Positions 1 to 13,990 of a DNA stretch of 64,000 nt are shown piece after piece; position 1 is the stretch's first letter, and each line of letters starts with the position of its first letter. A model generated the notes under the pieces. It saw only the letters and a program-made list of their open reading frames with translations. It searched no databases and was not told the DNA's origin. Source of the stretch: Sphaerodactylus townsendi (lineage: Eukaryota); the NCBI RefSeq assembly GCF_021028975.2, contig NC_059427.1, forward strand, positions 108,810,001 to 108,874,000, read 5' to 3'. The position numbers and the translations under genes are program-made.

Positions 1-629
1 ACAACAAAAATAACAATAAAAAATCAGGTAGGTAGCAGAGCTCCAAACCCAGATATGCCTCAAGGAACAGAAAACGTGTATGACCATCTGTTGAATTACC
101 AATGGCAGTGAACTACACAGCAGGGCTCCTCCTGATTGCCCCTCTTTATGAAGCCCAGCCTACCACTTGGCCTTTGAGGTCAGGAGGGTTCCTAGACTTT
201 CAGAATGTGCTTTCTAAGGTTTCGCAAAGGGTCCACAAAGACGAGAGGAGAATGGAAAGGCCTGATTCTATTAATTATTTCTACTTGCTATGTTCTGTCC
301 CAATTCACTGAATATGGCTATGTGTGGGTACAGGATTCCTCAACATGGCACCTGTGGGTACCATAGTGACTGGTGTCCATTTGAGTTTCCCCCAAAGCAA
401 GGAACCATGTCTGGTTTTCCTCCATCTCACTGCAGCAGGATGTACGTCACAAGAATCCAGGAGGTATCATCTTTGAGTCTGTGTGGGGCACTCGTCTTTA
501 GTCTTTAATTTTTTTTTCTCCTTTGTATTCTTAATTGGATATATTATATTATTTTATACTTGTTTGTTAATTTTGTAAGTCAATTTCATTGCACTGTGTT
601 CAAAGTGTGAAAATGCTTTGACTACTTAC

Positions 630-737
630 CGCTACAGTCATCTTTCCCAAAATCCTCTCAGGGATAGGTCCCTGAATGCGTTTTTTCAGCTTCTCAGCAC
701 ATGTGCCCATCAGTTCCATGGCTATAAAAACATCCGT
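630..737 (-). CDS. MAP2K7: MAP2K7 coding exon 7 (TDVFIAMELMGTCAEKLKKRIQGPIPERILGKMTVA); gene continues beyond left edge
   Basis: 108-nt exon with tag| and |gtaag boundaries; translation matches the MKK7 kinase domain. Confidence 0.96.
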
Positions 738-847
738 CTATATGTAGGAAAATAACAGAAGCAAAAGTTGTAGGTTATTTGGACAAGGCTGTTCAGTTTG
801 CCTTCACACACAGAGAGGATGGATGTGACAGCACTGTTTTTACTTAC

Positions 848-967
848 ATTTGTGATGAAAGTCCCAAAGCACTGAACTATGTAGGGACAGTCGTGACTCT
901 TCAGCACTACATCCAAGTCCATCAGGATTCTCTTGTTCTCCTCTTTATTACCAGAACGGCGCATTTG
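848..967 (-). CDS. MAP2K7: MAP2K7 coding exon 6 (QMRRSGNKEENKRILMDLDVVLKSHDCPYIVQCFGTFITN)
   Basis: 120-nt exon, ttag| ... |gtaag; MKK7 alphaC region. Confidence 0.97.
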
Positions 968-1085
968 CTAAGCAGAAGGAAATATCAGAGGGCCTATGTG
1001 AAGATTATGTACAAAAGTGACAAGATATTGCCTCACAGATCTTGAGGACTGTACTGAAAAGCTTCCTCCCATTCATTTCTCTACT

Positions 1086-1192
1086 ACAGGTGTCAAACTC
1101 ACAGCTCTCCAGATGTTATGGACTACAGTTCCCATCATCCTCTGCCAGCATGGAGTCCATAACATCTGGAGGGCCGCGAGTTTGACACCTGT
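1086..1192. mobile_element. Short palindromic hAT-type MITE
   Basis: TIR ACAGGTGTCAAACTC / GAGTTTGACACCTGT; ggactacagttcccatca core. Confidence 0.8.
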
Positions 1193-1299
1193 GACAGCGC
1201 AAACAAATGCCAAACAGCCACCAGTGAATCCTTGTGCAACCCCATCGGCTTTCTTTGCCATTCATTTTGAAACTCCTGCGTTTGAAAGGCCTGTCTCAC

Positions 1300-1413
1300 C
1301 TTCACTGCTATGATGTGCCCCGTCTTCTTGAAACGCATTTTCCACACTTGTCCACATGTCCCGCTGCCAATCTCACCCAGGTTTTCTAGGTCATTGATTT
1401 CTGCTTGATATCT
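1300..1413 (-). CDS. MAP2K7: MAP2K7 coding exon 5 (RYQAEINDLENLGEIGSGTCGQVWKMRFKKTGHIIAVK)
   Basis: 114-nt exon, cag| ... |gtgag; Gly-rich loop GSGTCG and the AVK catalytic lysine. Confidence 0.97.
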
Positions 1414-1788
1414 CTGCAAAGAAACGAGACCATACCAGTTAGAGGGAAAGAGAAGATACCACTCAGCTGCTTACTGAAGATACAGGGACTGGATAACTTT
1501 TAGCGCAGTCAACACTTAAGCAGACTTCAAGTTGTTGTATTCCTCTTTTCTGCCTATTAACTTGCTTCATGATGTCATACTGGCATGCCAGCCTTTCCAT
1601 CTGCAACAATCAAACAGGAATGAAAGGCAGAGATCTCCCAATACTCTATCCAACCTGCAACAAAGATTGCTATCTTATATCCACGTGTTATTACATTCAC
1701 CACTAAACTCCACCGGTCCTAAGTAAATCAACAGAATCGCTGTGCCAACTGCACCATTGCCCTTATCTGCTAAACCAAGTCAACATAC

Positions 1789-1855
1789 CTGTCCTCCAAT
1801 GGTCAAATAACCCGTCTGCTTCATAATTTCTTGCAGTTTCTGATCGATCTCTATA
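1789..1855 (-). CDS. MAP2K7: MAP2K7 coding exon 4 (SIEIDQKLQEIMKQTGYLTIGGQ)
   Basis: 67-nt exon, tttag| ... |gtatg; phases fit the neighbouring exons. Confidence 0.96.
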
Positions 1856-1964
1856 CTAAAGAGAGAGAAAATAATACTATAGAGAAGCTGCCATCTACAA
1901 CATGGGACAATCAGCCCCAACTCTCTGCTGAAGCCACTATTGAAATCTAGATGATACTCTAAGC

Positions 1965-2289
1965 CAGGGGTGTCCAACATGGTGTCTGTGGGCACAACGG
2001 TGCCTGCCAGCAGCTTTCAAGGTGCCCACCAAGTGCTTTTAGAAAGTGGGTGAACACACGTGAGGCTTTTGACCAGAAAGGCTTCAGACTGGATGCAATT
2101 TTTTAAAATGCTGTTTTGGCAGCAGCTGCCACCACATCACAAGGATCTTTACTTTGTGTCTGAGGGTAAGCTTCCGTAACTTTTGGGGGGCTGGCTCTGC
2201 TCCCCACAGCAGCCATTGAGTGGCTGCACCCACCATTCTGTGTCAGAATTCTGAAGGCGCCTGCAGGCTCGAAAAGGTTGGGGACCCCG
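1965..2289. mobile_element. Non-autonomous hAT (Charlie-like) element; partial relatives at ~5920-6165 and ~19275-19330
   Basis: CAGGGGTGTCCAAC / GTTGGGGACCCC termini; internal sequence recurs in the window. Confidence 0.7.
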
Positions 2290-2997
2290 ATCTACACACA
2301 CAGGTTTTGAAGATGCCACGTGAATTCACAGATTGTAGCTTCAAAAGACAAAAGCTCTTCTTGATACAAGAATATCAAGTATTAACTGAGGTTAAGTAAA
2401 GTGCTCCTGTTACATTATGAATTTGAAGTAAGCAATAGTCTTTTGCCATCTGTCAGGGCTCTTATTACCAATATTCCCACTACTGTATACTTATATAAAT
2501 GTTACAAATTGTTATTTAGTAGGCTAAATGGCATAGTTTATAAATAGAGTGTATAGTTCTGATGGTGAACAGTGATACCGTTAATGAGCATTTGAGAACC
2601 AAATATATGAATTTAAAATGGTATGAACCACAAGCCTATTTCCAAAGTCCTATTAATTACATCCAAAGAATGTGGGCCTCTTGGATTCAGGTATCAGAGA
2701 AGGCCACTCGTATCAAGTGGCAGATAAGGTACGGCAGCATTTTAAAGCAATCTGATCAAAGTGCCTAATGAGCATCTGGCCTTCAGCAAGCTAATGCTTA
2801 TGTGGATTATGAGGGCTTTCCGGGTTGTTCACGGACCATTCACTATCACACATGCCAGGGCCACCAATTTAATAGCCCCCAAACAGAAAGGCAACAGAGG
2901 ACTGTCTCTTGCCCAGCTATTCAGTAGGATGGAAGGTCTGGCAAAGGGGAATAAATTCAACAGTCACACCTGTCCAGTTCAGATGAACTCTGCTTAC

Positions 2998-3142
2998 CTC
3001 TCCATGCTCCTGTGCATGAGGAAGGATGGCTGAGGCAGACCCAGCATGTTACGGGGGCGCGATGGATGAGTGGGATGCTGAGGTGAGCTCTCCAACGAGG
3101 AGGACCGACTGCTGCCATCATTGGCTAAGGGAAGCTGCAATG
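2998..3142 (-). CDS. MAP2K7: MAP2K7 coding exon 3 (TLQLPLANDGSSRSSSLESSPQHPTHPSRPRNMLGLPQPSFLMHRSMES)
   Basis: 145-nt exon, tttcag| ... |gtaag; contains the D3 docking site and the internal Met (ATG 3045-3047) corresponding to the alpha-isoform start. Confidence 0.95.
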
Positions 3143-3460
3143 CTGAAAGAGAAGAAAAAAGGAAGTCCAACAGAGGCAGGAATTGCTTAGAGGTCTGGTT
3201 GGAAGCTTTTGCAGCCTAAATCCCCAGTGCCTGCAGGACTGAACATAGAGTTCTGCAGAACCTCACCACAAGTCTTAAGAAAAAGTCAACTGTATTTCTA
3301 ACAGCCCATTAGCCTATCACGGTTGTTCTCCTAGCTGCCTTTGACTACCACTGCGTCTAGTTCTAAATACTTTATTTGTGCCTCAAAATGGTTACAATGA
3401 GGATACTACCACCAACCACCAAGAAAGGCACTAGTGCACATCTCTGTGTTTGCTCTTATA

Positions 3461-3695
3461 AGTCCCCTGTACAAGCACGGAGTCATTACTGACCCATGGG
3501 GTGACATCAAACTACAACATTTACTAGGCATATTTATGGGGTGGCTTGCCATTGCCTTCTCCAGTCATCTACAAGCTGGCTACTCATTTTACTGACCTCA
3601 GAAGGATGGAAGGCTGAGTCAACCTTGAGCCAGCTCCCTGCTCAGGTTGTGAGCAGAGCTTGGACTGCAGTACTGCAGTTTACACTCTGCACCAA
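3461..3695 (-). mobile_element. Sauria SINE
   Basis: aggatggaaggctgagtcaaccttgagcc and gccattgccttc motifs typical of Sauria SINE. Confidence 0.8.
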
Positions 3696-4058
3696 GGGCC
3701 TCCACATATACTTTGCTCTTATACTTTAAGATTACAGACACTGACTTCCTGTGGGAGGCTCTCTGGAAACACTTCTGGGGATAGGTGGACAATTTAACAT
3801 TCCTTTAATATCTCACCATGAAGAGATGTGGCCCATTTTAACTTTGGGGACTGACAGAAATTATTAATTCAGGGAACCACACAGCCACATCACAGTCAAA
3901 CAGGAATCCAGTACTATACATGCAGCATTAACATGTAGGCATCACAGACAGGGTAGATGATGCATTATTGTACTGAATGCTGGATGGGTAGGCACCAGTG
4001 ATTCAGTTTAGATATTAAGGAGGTTGACACAGATCCTGAATGGACCAAACGTTTACAG

Positions 4059-4251
4059 CAGGGGTGATGAATGTATTTGTTACAAGGGCGAGATATGATA
4101 TAAATGTGACTTGGGCTGGGTCCTGCAGGGGGTGGCTGATGAGTCCTCAGCAGGCTTACCAGCCAAGATCAGCACTAGGGGTGGGTGGGGGTGACTACTT
4201 CAACTGGTATGCCGGCAGATCCAGCCCCTGAGCCGCATGTTTGACCCCTCT
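4059..4251. mobile_element. hAT-type MITE; inverted relative at ~53130-53380
   Basis: CAGGGG...TTTGACCCCTCTG ends; shared tatga.ataaatgtga motif. Confidence 0.55.
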
Positions 4252-7200
4252 GGATTACAGGCTTTAAACTGATTCTAAACAGAACAAGAGATCAAGGAGG
4301 GAGAATGGTTTGGTTTAAAATTAAGCCCATTTAACCATCTCCTAAAAAGACTTCTAATCAAAAGCCTAAGGATGAAGCTGTATTTCCTGCCTACTTTATT
4401 GACCAAGACAGCATATTCTGGCAGGGGGCAATGCAAGAGCTCTTCAGGCCAGGGCCAGTAACACTCTTCCAACTTTGTCAGAAGTCTTCACACCTGAGGC
4501 CCAGCAGGAACAAACGCTGCAAGGACAACCAGTTACCTTAAAACTAGACATACATCTAAAATGGGAACCTTCAGGACTGGATTAAGAAGCCACATTACAA
4601 TGGAAGCATTAAAGGCATGCCTAGCAGGAGGCCATGCTTTGTAGGTCTTAGTAACAATGGTTAGCAGCTGAATGGTTAGATCCAGCACAATACATGCAAT
4701 GATTTCAAAATACTTTATATTTTATCTTTCCTGCTACCCTCTGACATGTTATCCAGGCTGCCCTAAGAAACCTTTAGCCTAAGAGCAGGAGGACGGGGAA
4801 AGCAATTGGCAGATGCAAGATGTTGACATGCCGGACTGCACAACTCTGAAGGCCATGTCTTAACCCTAGACAATACGTTCAAGCTAAATACAAACAACAG
4901 AGTTGCAGCTCATACTCCTGCCTGCCTGGATCATTTTCAAAATTTACAGCCGCCAAATGCCTCTGTAATCATTCAGTCTGGCAGGATTTGCCTGTATGTA
5001 AAACGAAGACACCCCACCCCCATTCTCCATAAACCACAGTAATGTTGAGAACTTGTGCCCATGGCTTCGTTATCATGACTGTTCCTCAATGTAAATCATC
5101 AACAAAATCTTTCTATCCCTTCAAAGTTACAGATAAATAATAGCAAATTGCAGCTACGTCATCACTCAGATTTCACACGGACGAAGGTGCCCCGATGCCT
5201 CTCCGAGCATCAATACCAGAACAATGCATTCATGTAGCAATCTCGATTCAAAACGGATTGCTCCAAATTTTGCACGGGATACTTAGCAAATGATCCCATT
5301 CTCCATGCTTACATCCCCCACCTTCTAACCTCACATGATCAGAAGAGTATGATTAGTTGTGGCAGCCATGCAAAACAGACTACAGTGGCATGCATCATGT
5401 GAGCTAAAACCCTGGGCACAGGTATGCTGCAGAGCTACAAGATGTTTGAACCAGCACAGTTGGATTTTTTTTTTTACTTTGAACAACTAATTCTCATGCA
5501 GTATTTACAGACCACTTCTGAAACCTCATGTTTAAAAACAGCTTGTCTTGTAGCAAAGGAAAGGGTGTGGTGAGTTCCTATTTGAAAAAGCAGTGTGGAA
5601 ACTGGATTTTCACATTTAATTTCGCTGGATCCTGGCTGTGAATTTGAAGGAATAAAAAGATGTAAAAATCTGCAGCAAATGAAAAGGTACTGAAAAGCAA
5701 AAGCATGACTCCTCCCATTGGGCCAAATGTGGTTTGAACCTGAGCTCCTGAAGAGAAGAAATGTGGGTGCCTGAAACCATATGAGTTTCCAAATCCATTG
5801 CTCAGTGCAGGCCCAGAGCCCGGCCTGACGCACAGAGACAAAGTCGTAGTAACTCTGACAGGGGTCCCAATCTGGCACCTGCCAACTGTCTTTAGAAAGT
5901 AGATGGGAGTAGGTGAGGGTTTTCACCAGCAAGACTTCTGACTGGCTATGAAAGGTTTGATGGGCATGCAGATTTTAAAAAATGTTGCTTCCACAGCCAA
6001 TGTCACCACAGCACCAGGATCTTTATCGCAAGACCAAAGGCTAGCCACAGCAGTCAATCTGTGACTGGCTCCACCTCTTCCAGCAGCCATTTTGTGGCTG
6101 AGCCCCACCATGCTGAGTCAAAATTTCAAAGGTGCCCGCAGGCTTGGAAAGGCTGGGAACCCCTGCTCTAAGAGATAAGACCCCCCACTTCTACCAAATG
6201 CTCCAAAAGCTCCATAGATCATCTATACATCTAATTCTCACATGTGCCCTCTGCCTGTGGATTCTGACATCCTGAGACGGAGGGCAAGCTCAGCCCAACA
6301 GGTTTTTCTGCAGACTTGGGCGATGCCCTAGATTTGCACAAAAATCTGAAGTTTGAAACAAACAAAAAAGAAGGGGGGAAGGATTTAAATCCAACTGACT
6401 TTTCTGTTGAAATTTTTCTATTTCTCAGTTGAAGTGGTGGGTGGCCACTGCCACAGAGAGTTGGGCTCAGCTGCCCAGACTATGTGGCTAGGCAAGCATT
6501 GTGAGGTGAGGGGACCATGAGCCCTCAGGCATCTGCATCAGGCACAGGCCCTGAAATGGCAGCTGTGGACTGGCCTGCCCGGTTCCCACAGCAATACAAG
6601 AACTGTGAAGGGAGGTGGCGGCGGCAGCCAGCTCATTCTCTCCAGCTGGTAGCTAATCAGCCTTGGAAAGCCATCAAGGGCTGGAGCATTCGGCCATCAA
6701 GGGCCCAGCATTATGGGGCAGGCATGAGGGAGGGAAGTCGGGCCTGTTCTGTCTTGGTCACTGACTGAGGGGCTCTGTCTTATATCTTCCTCCCCCCAGC
6801 GGCAGCTCCAACGATGGCGTTGGTGGCTTCCCCAATGCTGCCCCATCTGAGAACAGTGGATGTGGGGCACATTGCAATCAAGTTGAACATGGTGGTGCTG
6901 AAGGAACACATCACTTTCTGCAGTGCCAAGATCCAAGCTCTAAAGGAAGAGGTGTGTGTGGGTGTGTGGGGGGGAGGTGAGATTCTCTCTCCTATACAGC
7001 AGGACTGGGTGCTTCTAAGGGGTAAAGTGGGGAGATCATCAAGGGTGGGGAATGAGAGGAATGTCAAGAGACGGGACAGAAGGGAAATCAGTGTGGGTGA
7101 GAAGAGTGCCCAGAAAGAGGGGAGATGTGAGTTTGGGAAGAATGAGAGGAATGCCAAGGAAGAGGGAAGATTGGGAAATCAGCAAGGGTGGGGGTGAGAA

Positions 7201-8049
7201 GAGTGTCAAGGAAGGGGGAAGACTGGCGAGGGTGGCGGTGACAGGAATGCCAAGGGAGCGGGTAGGAAGGGAATCAGTAGTATTAATCCCCACATTACAG
7301 TTAGGGATTCGGCATGAGAAGTGGCCTACCCAAGACTGTACTAATATCTGAAGCAGGGATGGCTTCAGAAAGGGGAGAAGCAGATGGGATTAGAACCCCA
7401 ACAGACTTTCAAATCCCACTGAAATCCATATTTCCAGTACCCAGAAGATACCAAGTGAGAAGATGACTGCATCTATTGGAAGTGTCCAAAAATGTCCATG
7501 CACAAGTCTAAAGGAAAACACGAAGATCACAACAGATAACAATGGAACATGCAACAGCTGATTTTAACCAACTCCAGAAAAAAGCTTTAGAAAATCTAAA
7601 AAGAAGCCATTAAGGAGAGCTGGTTATTTCTGGAGATAAACTAACTTCAGAAGCATAAGAACAGAAAGATTTTCAAAATACCAATGTAAAGTTCTGATAA
7701 CTTGAAAAGGACCTGAAAGGAGGGGGAACACAAACATACAGGAAATTAACAGAAAAGAATGGAACCAGTGTTTATAAAAATGGTTAAAACAAGAAATGCT
7801 AGTAAGAAAACATAATTGATAGTATAAATATGGTGGAGTATGGGCCTTAATTTAAGATGTTATGTTGCAACGGTAAAAAAAACCCAATTCCCAAATGAAA
7901 ACTATAAAAATATGCAGGATGGGTTGCCAGGCGAAGTTCAGTGGCTAATTCAGCAGGAAAGGATTTCTGTTAAATAATGGAACTGATATAAGTCCTGCCC
8001 AGCTAGAAGGGAATTTATTTTAGGAGTAACTGTAACCTAGCACTCATGA

Positions 8050-8600
8050 ACCTAGATCTCATGATCAGGTAGAGAACCTGTGTTTAGGCTCCCATTTTTA
8101 ACAGCATGCAGCTGCTTGTGTGGTGGAATGCTCCCTCACAAGAGGCTGGTTTTTTATGTTTTGTATGGTAGAGCATTCCAATTATTGGTCAAACTGGCCA
8201 CTCAGTCATAATAAAGTTGTGGCAGTGATGATGGTCAAGAGAGTTCTGTCACCACTGAGTCAGAGCAATGAAATTCAGCAGATCTCTTCCAGGTTGTGAA
8301 GCAGCTCTTACCTCAGGCTCCCAAAAACGTAGATCTAGGAAACATTCAGGCACGCGATGAATCTCACAGATGAAACTCTTGCATCCACTATGACTTAGAT
8401 TCCGCGGCTGGAGTAGTTCAACCTTGGGGTGTCACTGAAGCGCAGTTTTGTTCTAATTGTACGGATTACTTTCAGTCAGTGAGACCTGATGGACAAGCTG
8501 CTCAAAAGGGTGTGGCCCACTATATCTAGATTCAATCCTTGCCCATTCAGGCCACTGGTATTGAGCATGGTCCATGAGGCAATAAATGGTCTCTTTTTAT
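8050..8600 (+). mobile_element. Old L2-like LINE ORF2 fragment
   Basis: Degenerate DKLLKRVWPTISRFNPCP resembles the L2 TTCxLDPCPSW motif. Confidence 0.5.
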
Positions 8601-8757
8601 GGCTTATGTTTTTTCGCTGTGCTGCGTCATCATGTAAAATAAAAATATTTTTACATATACCCACACAAACTGCCTCAGATAGATTCCTGGAAAGGTAGCA
8701 TTTTTTAAAAAATCCAAATAAATCAATGAAGCTGCCCACACAACAAGGTTACATCAG

Positions 8758-8927
8758 CTGGTTGTGGTGGCCATGGTCTGGTGGATCTTGTTCCTAACGT
8801 TTTGCCTGCATCTGTAGCTGGCATCTTCAGAGGTGTATCACAGAGAAGCCACAGATGCAGGCGAAACGTTAGGAACAAGAACCCACCATAACCAGTTGAA
8901 TCCGGCCATGAAAGCCTTCGACAATAA
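8758..8927. mobile_element. Penelope-like insert with inverted terminal segments and hammerhead-like motif
   Basis: 13-bp flanking direct repeat AAGGTTACATCAG (8745-8757, 8928-8940); gcctgcatctgt.gctggcatcttcagagg core. Confidence 0.8.
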
Positions 8928-9556
8928 AAGGTTACATCAGTTTGCCAAAAGCTAGAGCTAATAAAATAACCTTTCAGCAAGATTTCCAACGTTCATCAGA
9001 AACATTTTATTTGCTCACTGAGTAAGTGCCTTACGGAGAAGCTCTAGTCTGGCACTATTTTCTTTGTAAGTAAATATATTTCATAGCATAGTTTTTAAGA
9101 CTGAAAGGAGCTGCCATTGAATTCTAAAAAAGTTCTTCTAGCCATACAATCTTCCTTGTGATATTTTGGATGTTCCAGCCTGCGGAAGAACTCACTCAAG
9201 AACAATGCACTACAGTGAAATCCCATTTAGCTAAAAAGATATGATTTTTTCAAAATGTAGGACCAGTAATATACCTAATATTCCCACTGCTTTTAAAATT
9301 TTGCCATTTTTCCAACATGAGAGGGGGTGAGATAAAGGAAAAGTCAGTTGATTAGGCTTTACATTTATAATGTATCACTGCAATTAGAGTAATTCCCATT
9401 TTTAAAAAGCATTAGTAAAATGTGCACTTGTTTTTAAATCCATGAAGGATATCTGTGGTTGGCTATATAACATTTCACTAAATTCAGACACACTTTACAA
9501 GATCACTATTAGTCTGTTTTTGCATTTCAGTATAATAAAAATGAGTCAATTTCAGA

Positions 9557-9667
9557 GGGTAATTGTGTTGGTCGCAGGAGAACAGAAAGATTCCAGTAAC
9601 ACCTTAGGGACCAAGAAGATTTTTTGGGTATGAATTTTCAAGAATCAAAGCGCCTCTTCATCAGATG
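9557..9667 (-). mobile_element. Second Penelope-type terminal fragment with hammerhead-like core
   Basis: Minus strand CTGATGA-AGAG...TCTT-GAAA. Confidence 0.5.
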
Positions 9668-12288
9668 GGTCAATCTGATTGATTTGATTTTATAGAAAGG
9701 TACAACTTTGAAAGGTATAATTTTGAAATATATATATATATAAATGCCTACAAAACCATGACATAAAAGGCAGCTGGTACGAAACCAGAGATATTTTTCT
9801 TAGGTTTTCCGTATGTCAATATAATAGTCATACCATCTCCCCAGACTGATCTTATACAGATCAAAATTTTACCAGAACTTTATCTACAAAGTGAGCCTTA
9901 ATACCAAAAACATTATTCTGGATGCACTTCAGAAAACGTGATTCCACTTAAAAAGTCCAGAGTTTTGATTCTTAGCTCTTACATGTCACTCTATAGACAC
10001 ACACTACCTAACTGTAGCAGCCTGAGTTGCCCACTATGGGGAGTTGTTTGATTTGCTAGTTTATGCTAGGGCAGACAGGGTTTTGTCTATGACGCAGCAC
10101 AAGAAATGTCTCAGTTGCTTGAGAACCTCTAACACATCTCTAGAGTCAACAGGCCACTTAAGTGATATGTGTCAACTTCACTTTTAACTGGAGCTACTGC
10201 AAATGTTTACCAGCAAAACACACTGAAGGAAGTATTGGGCTCCCAGTGTGGTCTTGTGCACCTGCTTAAGGCACTCTCTTTCTCCATATATGTTCCTATA
10301 GAAATAGGAACATTCTTAGGAATAGTTGAAGACAACATGGTAGAACACTTGGTTAAGTAGAAGGACTCTATGAATAGCAACACTTACATAATTTAAAAAT
10401 CTGTCCTGAAGTCCCTCAAGAACTTGTCACTGTTTTCTCCTACCATGCATTGCTCAGATGTAGACAGTATTTCTTTGAGATGCACTGTTTGAAGTGGGAA
10501 TAGGATTAAAGGAGCTTTAGAAGGAGCAATTTATTCTGTCTGGAAAAGGTCAAGCTCTGACCTTCAATTGCCTCAATACATACAGGTACACCTAAGGCTG
10601 CCAAGCATTTTGTACTTCTATGCAAGGTTGTGGCTAAAGCAGATGACAGGGGCTACCTCCTTGTGGTTGTGCAGAAGATATCAAGGGTCCATAAGAAATG
10701 TCTCTGCTGGCTGAAGCAAGAAATTTAAGGTACCATAATTGCAGGATTGGTCTTATGTTACCAAGAGACAAAAAAGAAAAGGCATAACTCCACTTCTATT
10801 TTTTCGCTTCAGTTCCACTGTCATGCAGCTCTCAAAGATCTCCCAGAATTGCACAGTATGGCAGAATTGGGAGAATACATGACAACGACTTGCATTTCCC
10901 CTTGCAGCCTTCTTTATAACATATGAAACAGTTCTCAGAATCAAAAGCAGAGCCATGTCTTTGAATGGCAAGAAAGATTGCGTTGTGTGAGTATTCACCA
11001 TTTCATCTGGTTTCACAAGCCTTAACTGAGCTCTGAATGTGCAATAAGTAGCCTCTAATGAGGCACTTCTTCATATACTTCATTTATACTCTGCTTTTCT
11101 CTCCAATATGGGTTACAATATTCTCCTCTCCTCCATTACATCCATAGAACCACCTGTGAGGTAAGTCAGGCTGAGAGTGTGTGACTGGTCCATGGTCACC
11201 CAGTGAGCCTGCACGGCAGAACGGAGACTCTTCAACCTGGAACTCCCAGATCCTAGTCTGACACTTTAGCCACTACATCAGGTCATGTGTTTTACAACCA
11301 CAAAGTAGCTCAGATCATCTTTTTGGGTTGAAGCTTGTCCTTTCTTCATGAATCTTACCAGAATCAATGAACATAAGCTTAAAATCATTCCTATTTCTAT
11401 GCACAGTTAAGCTATTGTATGAATCAGTATTTCAACTGGATTGCCCTGCACTGCATGGTTCCTTGGGTGAAGGCCTCTGGAGAGCAAAGAGGAAATCAGA
11501 CACATATGCCCACTGTGAAAGCAGCAAATACCCCAAGCATGCTATGTAAACAACAGAAGGAGGGGAGGGTACTAAGCCTTCAATCTGAGACAATACAGAA
11601 ATTTTAAAATTTGTGAAAACACTGCAGAGCATGTCTAGTGTAGATCCTCCTCACCAATTCCCTACTATCCACCTCTTCCTTCATATTCAAGAAGGATATT
11701 GATGTGTGAAGCATACTTGGTCACTCTGTAGCTCTTAGTCCAAAAAGCTTGCATGCTCCCCTACTCCTTGATCATGCAAACTACCAGCCTCTATCTGCAG
11801 AGATCCACAACTAAAGAGGCCAGTCACTTTAGCATAGAACTGAAACGGTTAAATTGGAGGAAAAAAATAATACAACGGATAAAAGGACAACAAAAAAGCA
11901 AAAACACAAGCCAAGAAAAGCCAAGCAGGAAGTTTCCATTAGCAGGCATAAGCAAGTACTGTACACATAATAGAAATACAGGGGGAAAATAGTTGGCAAA
12001 GCTGATGGCATTGGAGTTTCCCCCAGAAATATTCTCTATGAGTGAGCTTTGCTAGTTATTTGGCATACTTACTCCATTTACTTTGAACGACCAAGGACAA
12101 GTCTTCTGACAAACAGATCTGCACACTTTGTACCTTCATAGATCAGTTGAGATTATTGCGAAGGTTAATGGTAAAAATAAGAGAACTACCCAGTTCCAGC
12201 AGCTGGCACGCCCACACAAGGCTTCTCCTTAAACCAGTAACGTTTAATTAGACTTGAAGCAAGGTTTAATATATGAGTCATATTACTA

Positions 12289-12404
12289 GGAAAGGTAATG
12301 GCAAACCACCCTGTAAACATAATCTGCCTAATAAACATTATGTGACATCCCCCCATGGGTCAGTAATGACCTGGTGCTTGCACAGGGGACTACCTTTACC
12401 TTTT
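12289..12404 (+). mobile_element. Sauria SINE 3' fragment
   Basis: aatggcaaaccacc...tgcacaggggactacctttaccttt tail. Confidence 0.8.
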
Positions 12405-13757
12405 ATATGTTAATTATTGTAAAAACAGAGTCGACTAGAGGCATCTTTTGCTGTACAGGACTAATTACAATATTATGAATTTAAGAGATGGGAATACTCA
12501 CTCATCAAACTCAAAAAGCTGAAAGGGTTTATAGAACTAGCTGTTTGTAAGAAAAGCAGAGTGCACTGGAAATCCTGGAACTGTTTGGCATACTCCTGCC
12601 TCCTTCCATATAAACTTCCTATACTACAACTTCAAGCTCAGTGACACTAAGCTATTGTCTTGTCTACATGAAAGAAAATAGAAGAATTTCATGTGAAGGA
12701 ATGATTTCAGAAAGATATACTAGACAGACAAGCACAAAATAAGAGGGTTAAAAATGACTAGAAAAAAAATCAATTCCATGTTGTTTCCAGAAAAAGAGCA
12801 ACAAAATAAGTGTTGCCAGAATTCTATTGAATGAATAACGTCGGTCTATACAACAGCTGGAACAAAGTTTCAAGGAAATACTGAAATTACTGGGCACTGG
12901 ATATTGGAAACTGCTGTTCTGCACAGAGACCGCTTAAATAGAATCAAAATCTATGGAATTTGATCAGTCTGTGAATAGGATTGCCTAATGATGCTAAGAG
13001 TCCTTAAAGATCTAAGGCCCGGGGCATAAGGATTTGAGGTGCTCAAAATGGATAGACCCTTTTAAAAGCTCTCAATTAAAAAAAGACTGGAAAAAAAGTT
13101 GAAAATATGGATAGCAAAAATTATTTCTTACTTCTAGAAGAACAAAGGGGCTCTGGACACAAATAAGATTATATATGAACAACAATATATTAAAATTTAG
13201 TACGACATTAGATCCTAAGCTCTGTCTGTTGACATATCTGAGAAAAATGCTTCCAACAAATAAAGGAATATTACCACTTAACATGTTAGTAACTGCTAAA
13301 CCAGTCTGTGTCAAATACTGGATGACTAAGATAAGAGACAGCATTCAGTAATTTGTGTTTTAGACCCTTATTTTTATTTGGCTTGTTTTAATAAAAATTT
13401 TAAAAAGAGAGTGTCAGCACTGAAAGATTTTATGTATTCATTTGAAACACCCCCCCCCCTCCTTTCTTCAAGTTCAGGGCAGCACACACAGCCCTCTTCT
13501 CCCATTTATTTTGACATCACTGAGGTTCTCCCCTGCAAAAAAACTGAACCAAGCCCCTTTGGTCCAAGTTAGCCACTAATAATTGCTTCTCATTCTCCAT
13601 TAGGATTCAGTAGGGGACTGAAAAGTGCCCTCCTACTCGCAAAAGCAGGACCCACAGTTTCCTCTTTAAGCTGCATCCTACCCTACTCCTGGTGGCCCAC
13701 TGACCTTAAGGAGCAGCTTTTGCACAGGGGGCTACAAGAGAGGGAGGTAGGAAAGAT

Positions 13758-13990
13758 GAGCCAGTCTGGTGTAGTGGTTAGAGTACAAGACTAGACCTGA
13801 CAGACCCAGGTTCAAATTTTCACTCTGCTAGGCAAACTTCCTGGATAATTTTAGGCTAGTCAGACACCCACACCCTAACCTACTTACAGTGTTTTTGCAA
13901 AGATAAAAATGGAGGAGAGGACAATGCTTTAAGCTTCTTTAGGTCATCACTGGGGAGAAAGGTGCTGTATAAATGTAGTAAGTAAATAAG
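13758..13990 (+). mobile_element. tRNA-derived MIR-like SINE; similar degraded copies at ~11080-11280, ~52265-52390 and ~49550-49720
   Basis: A box TGGTGTAGTGG, B box GGTTCAAATT, core aaagataaaatggagga, TAAA tail. Confidence 0.7.

Noticed and set aside
6517-7351. Cluster of ORFs and purine-rich near-repeats in a MAP2K7 intron
   Set aside because: Probably a decayed retroelement or low-complexity tract; cannot assign a product
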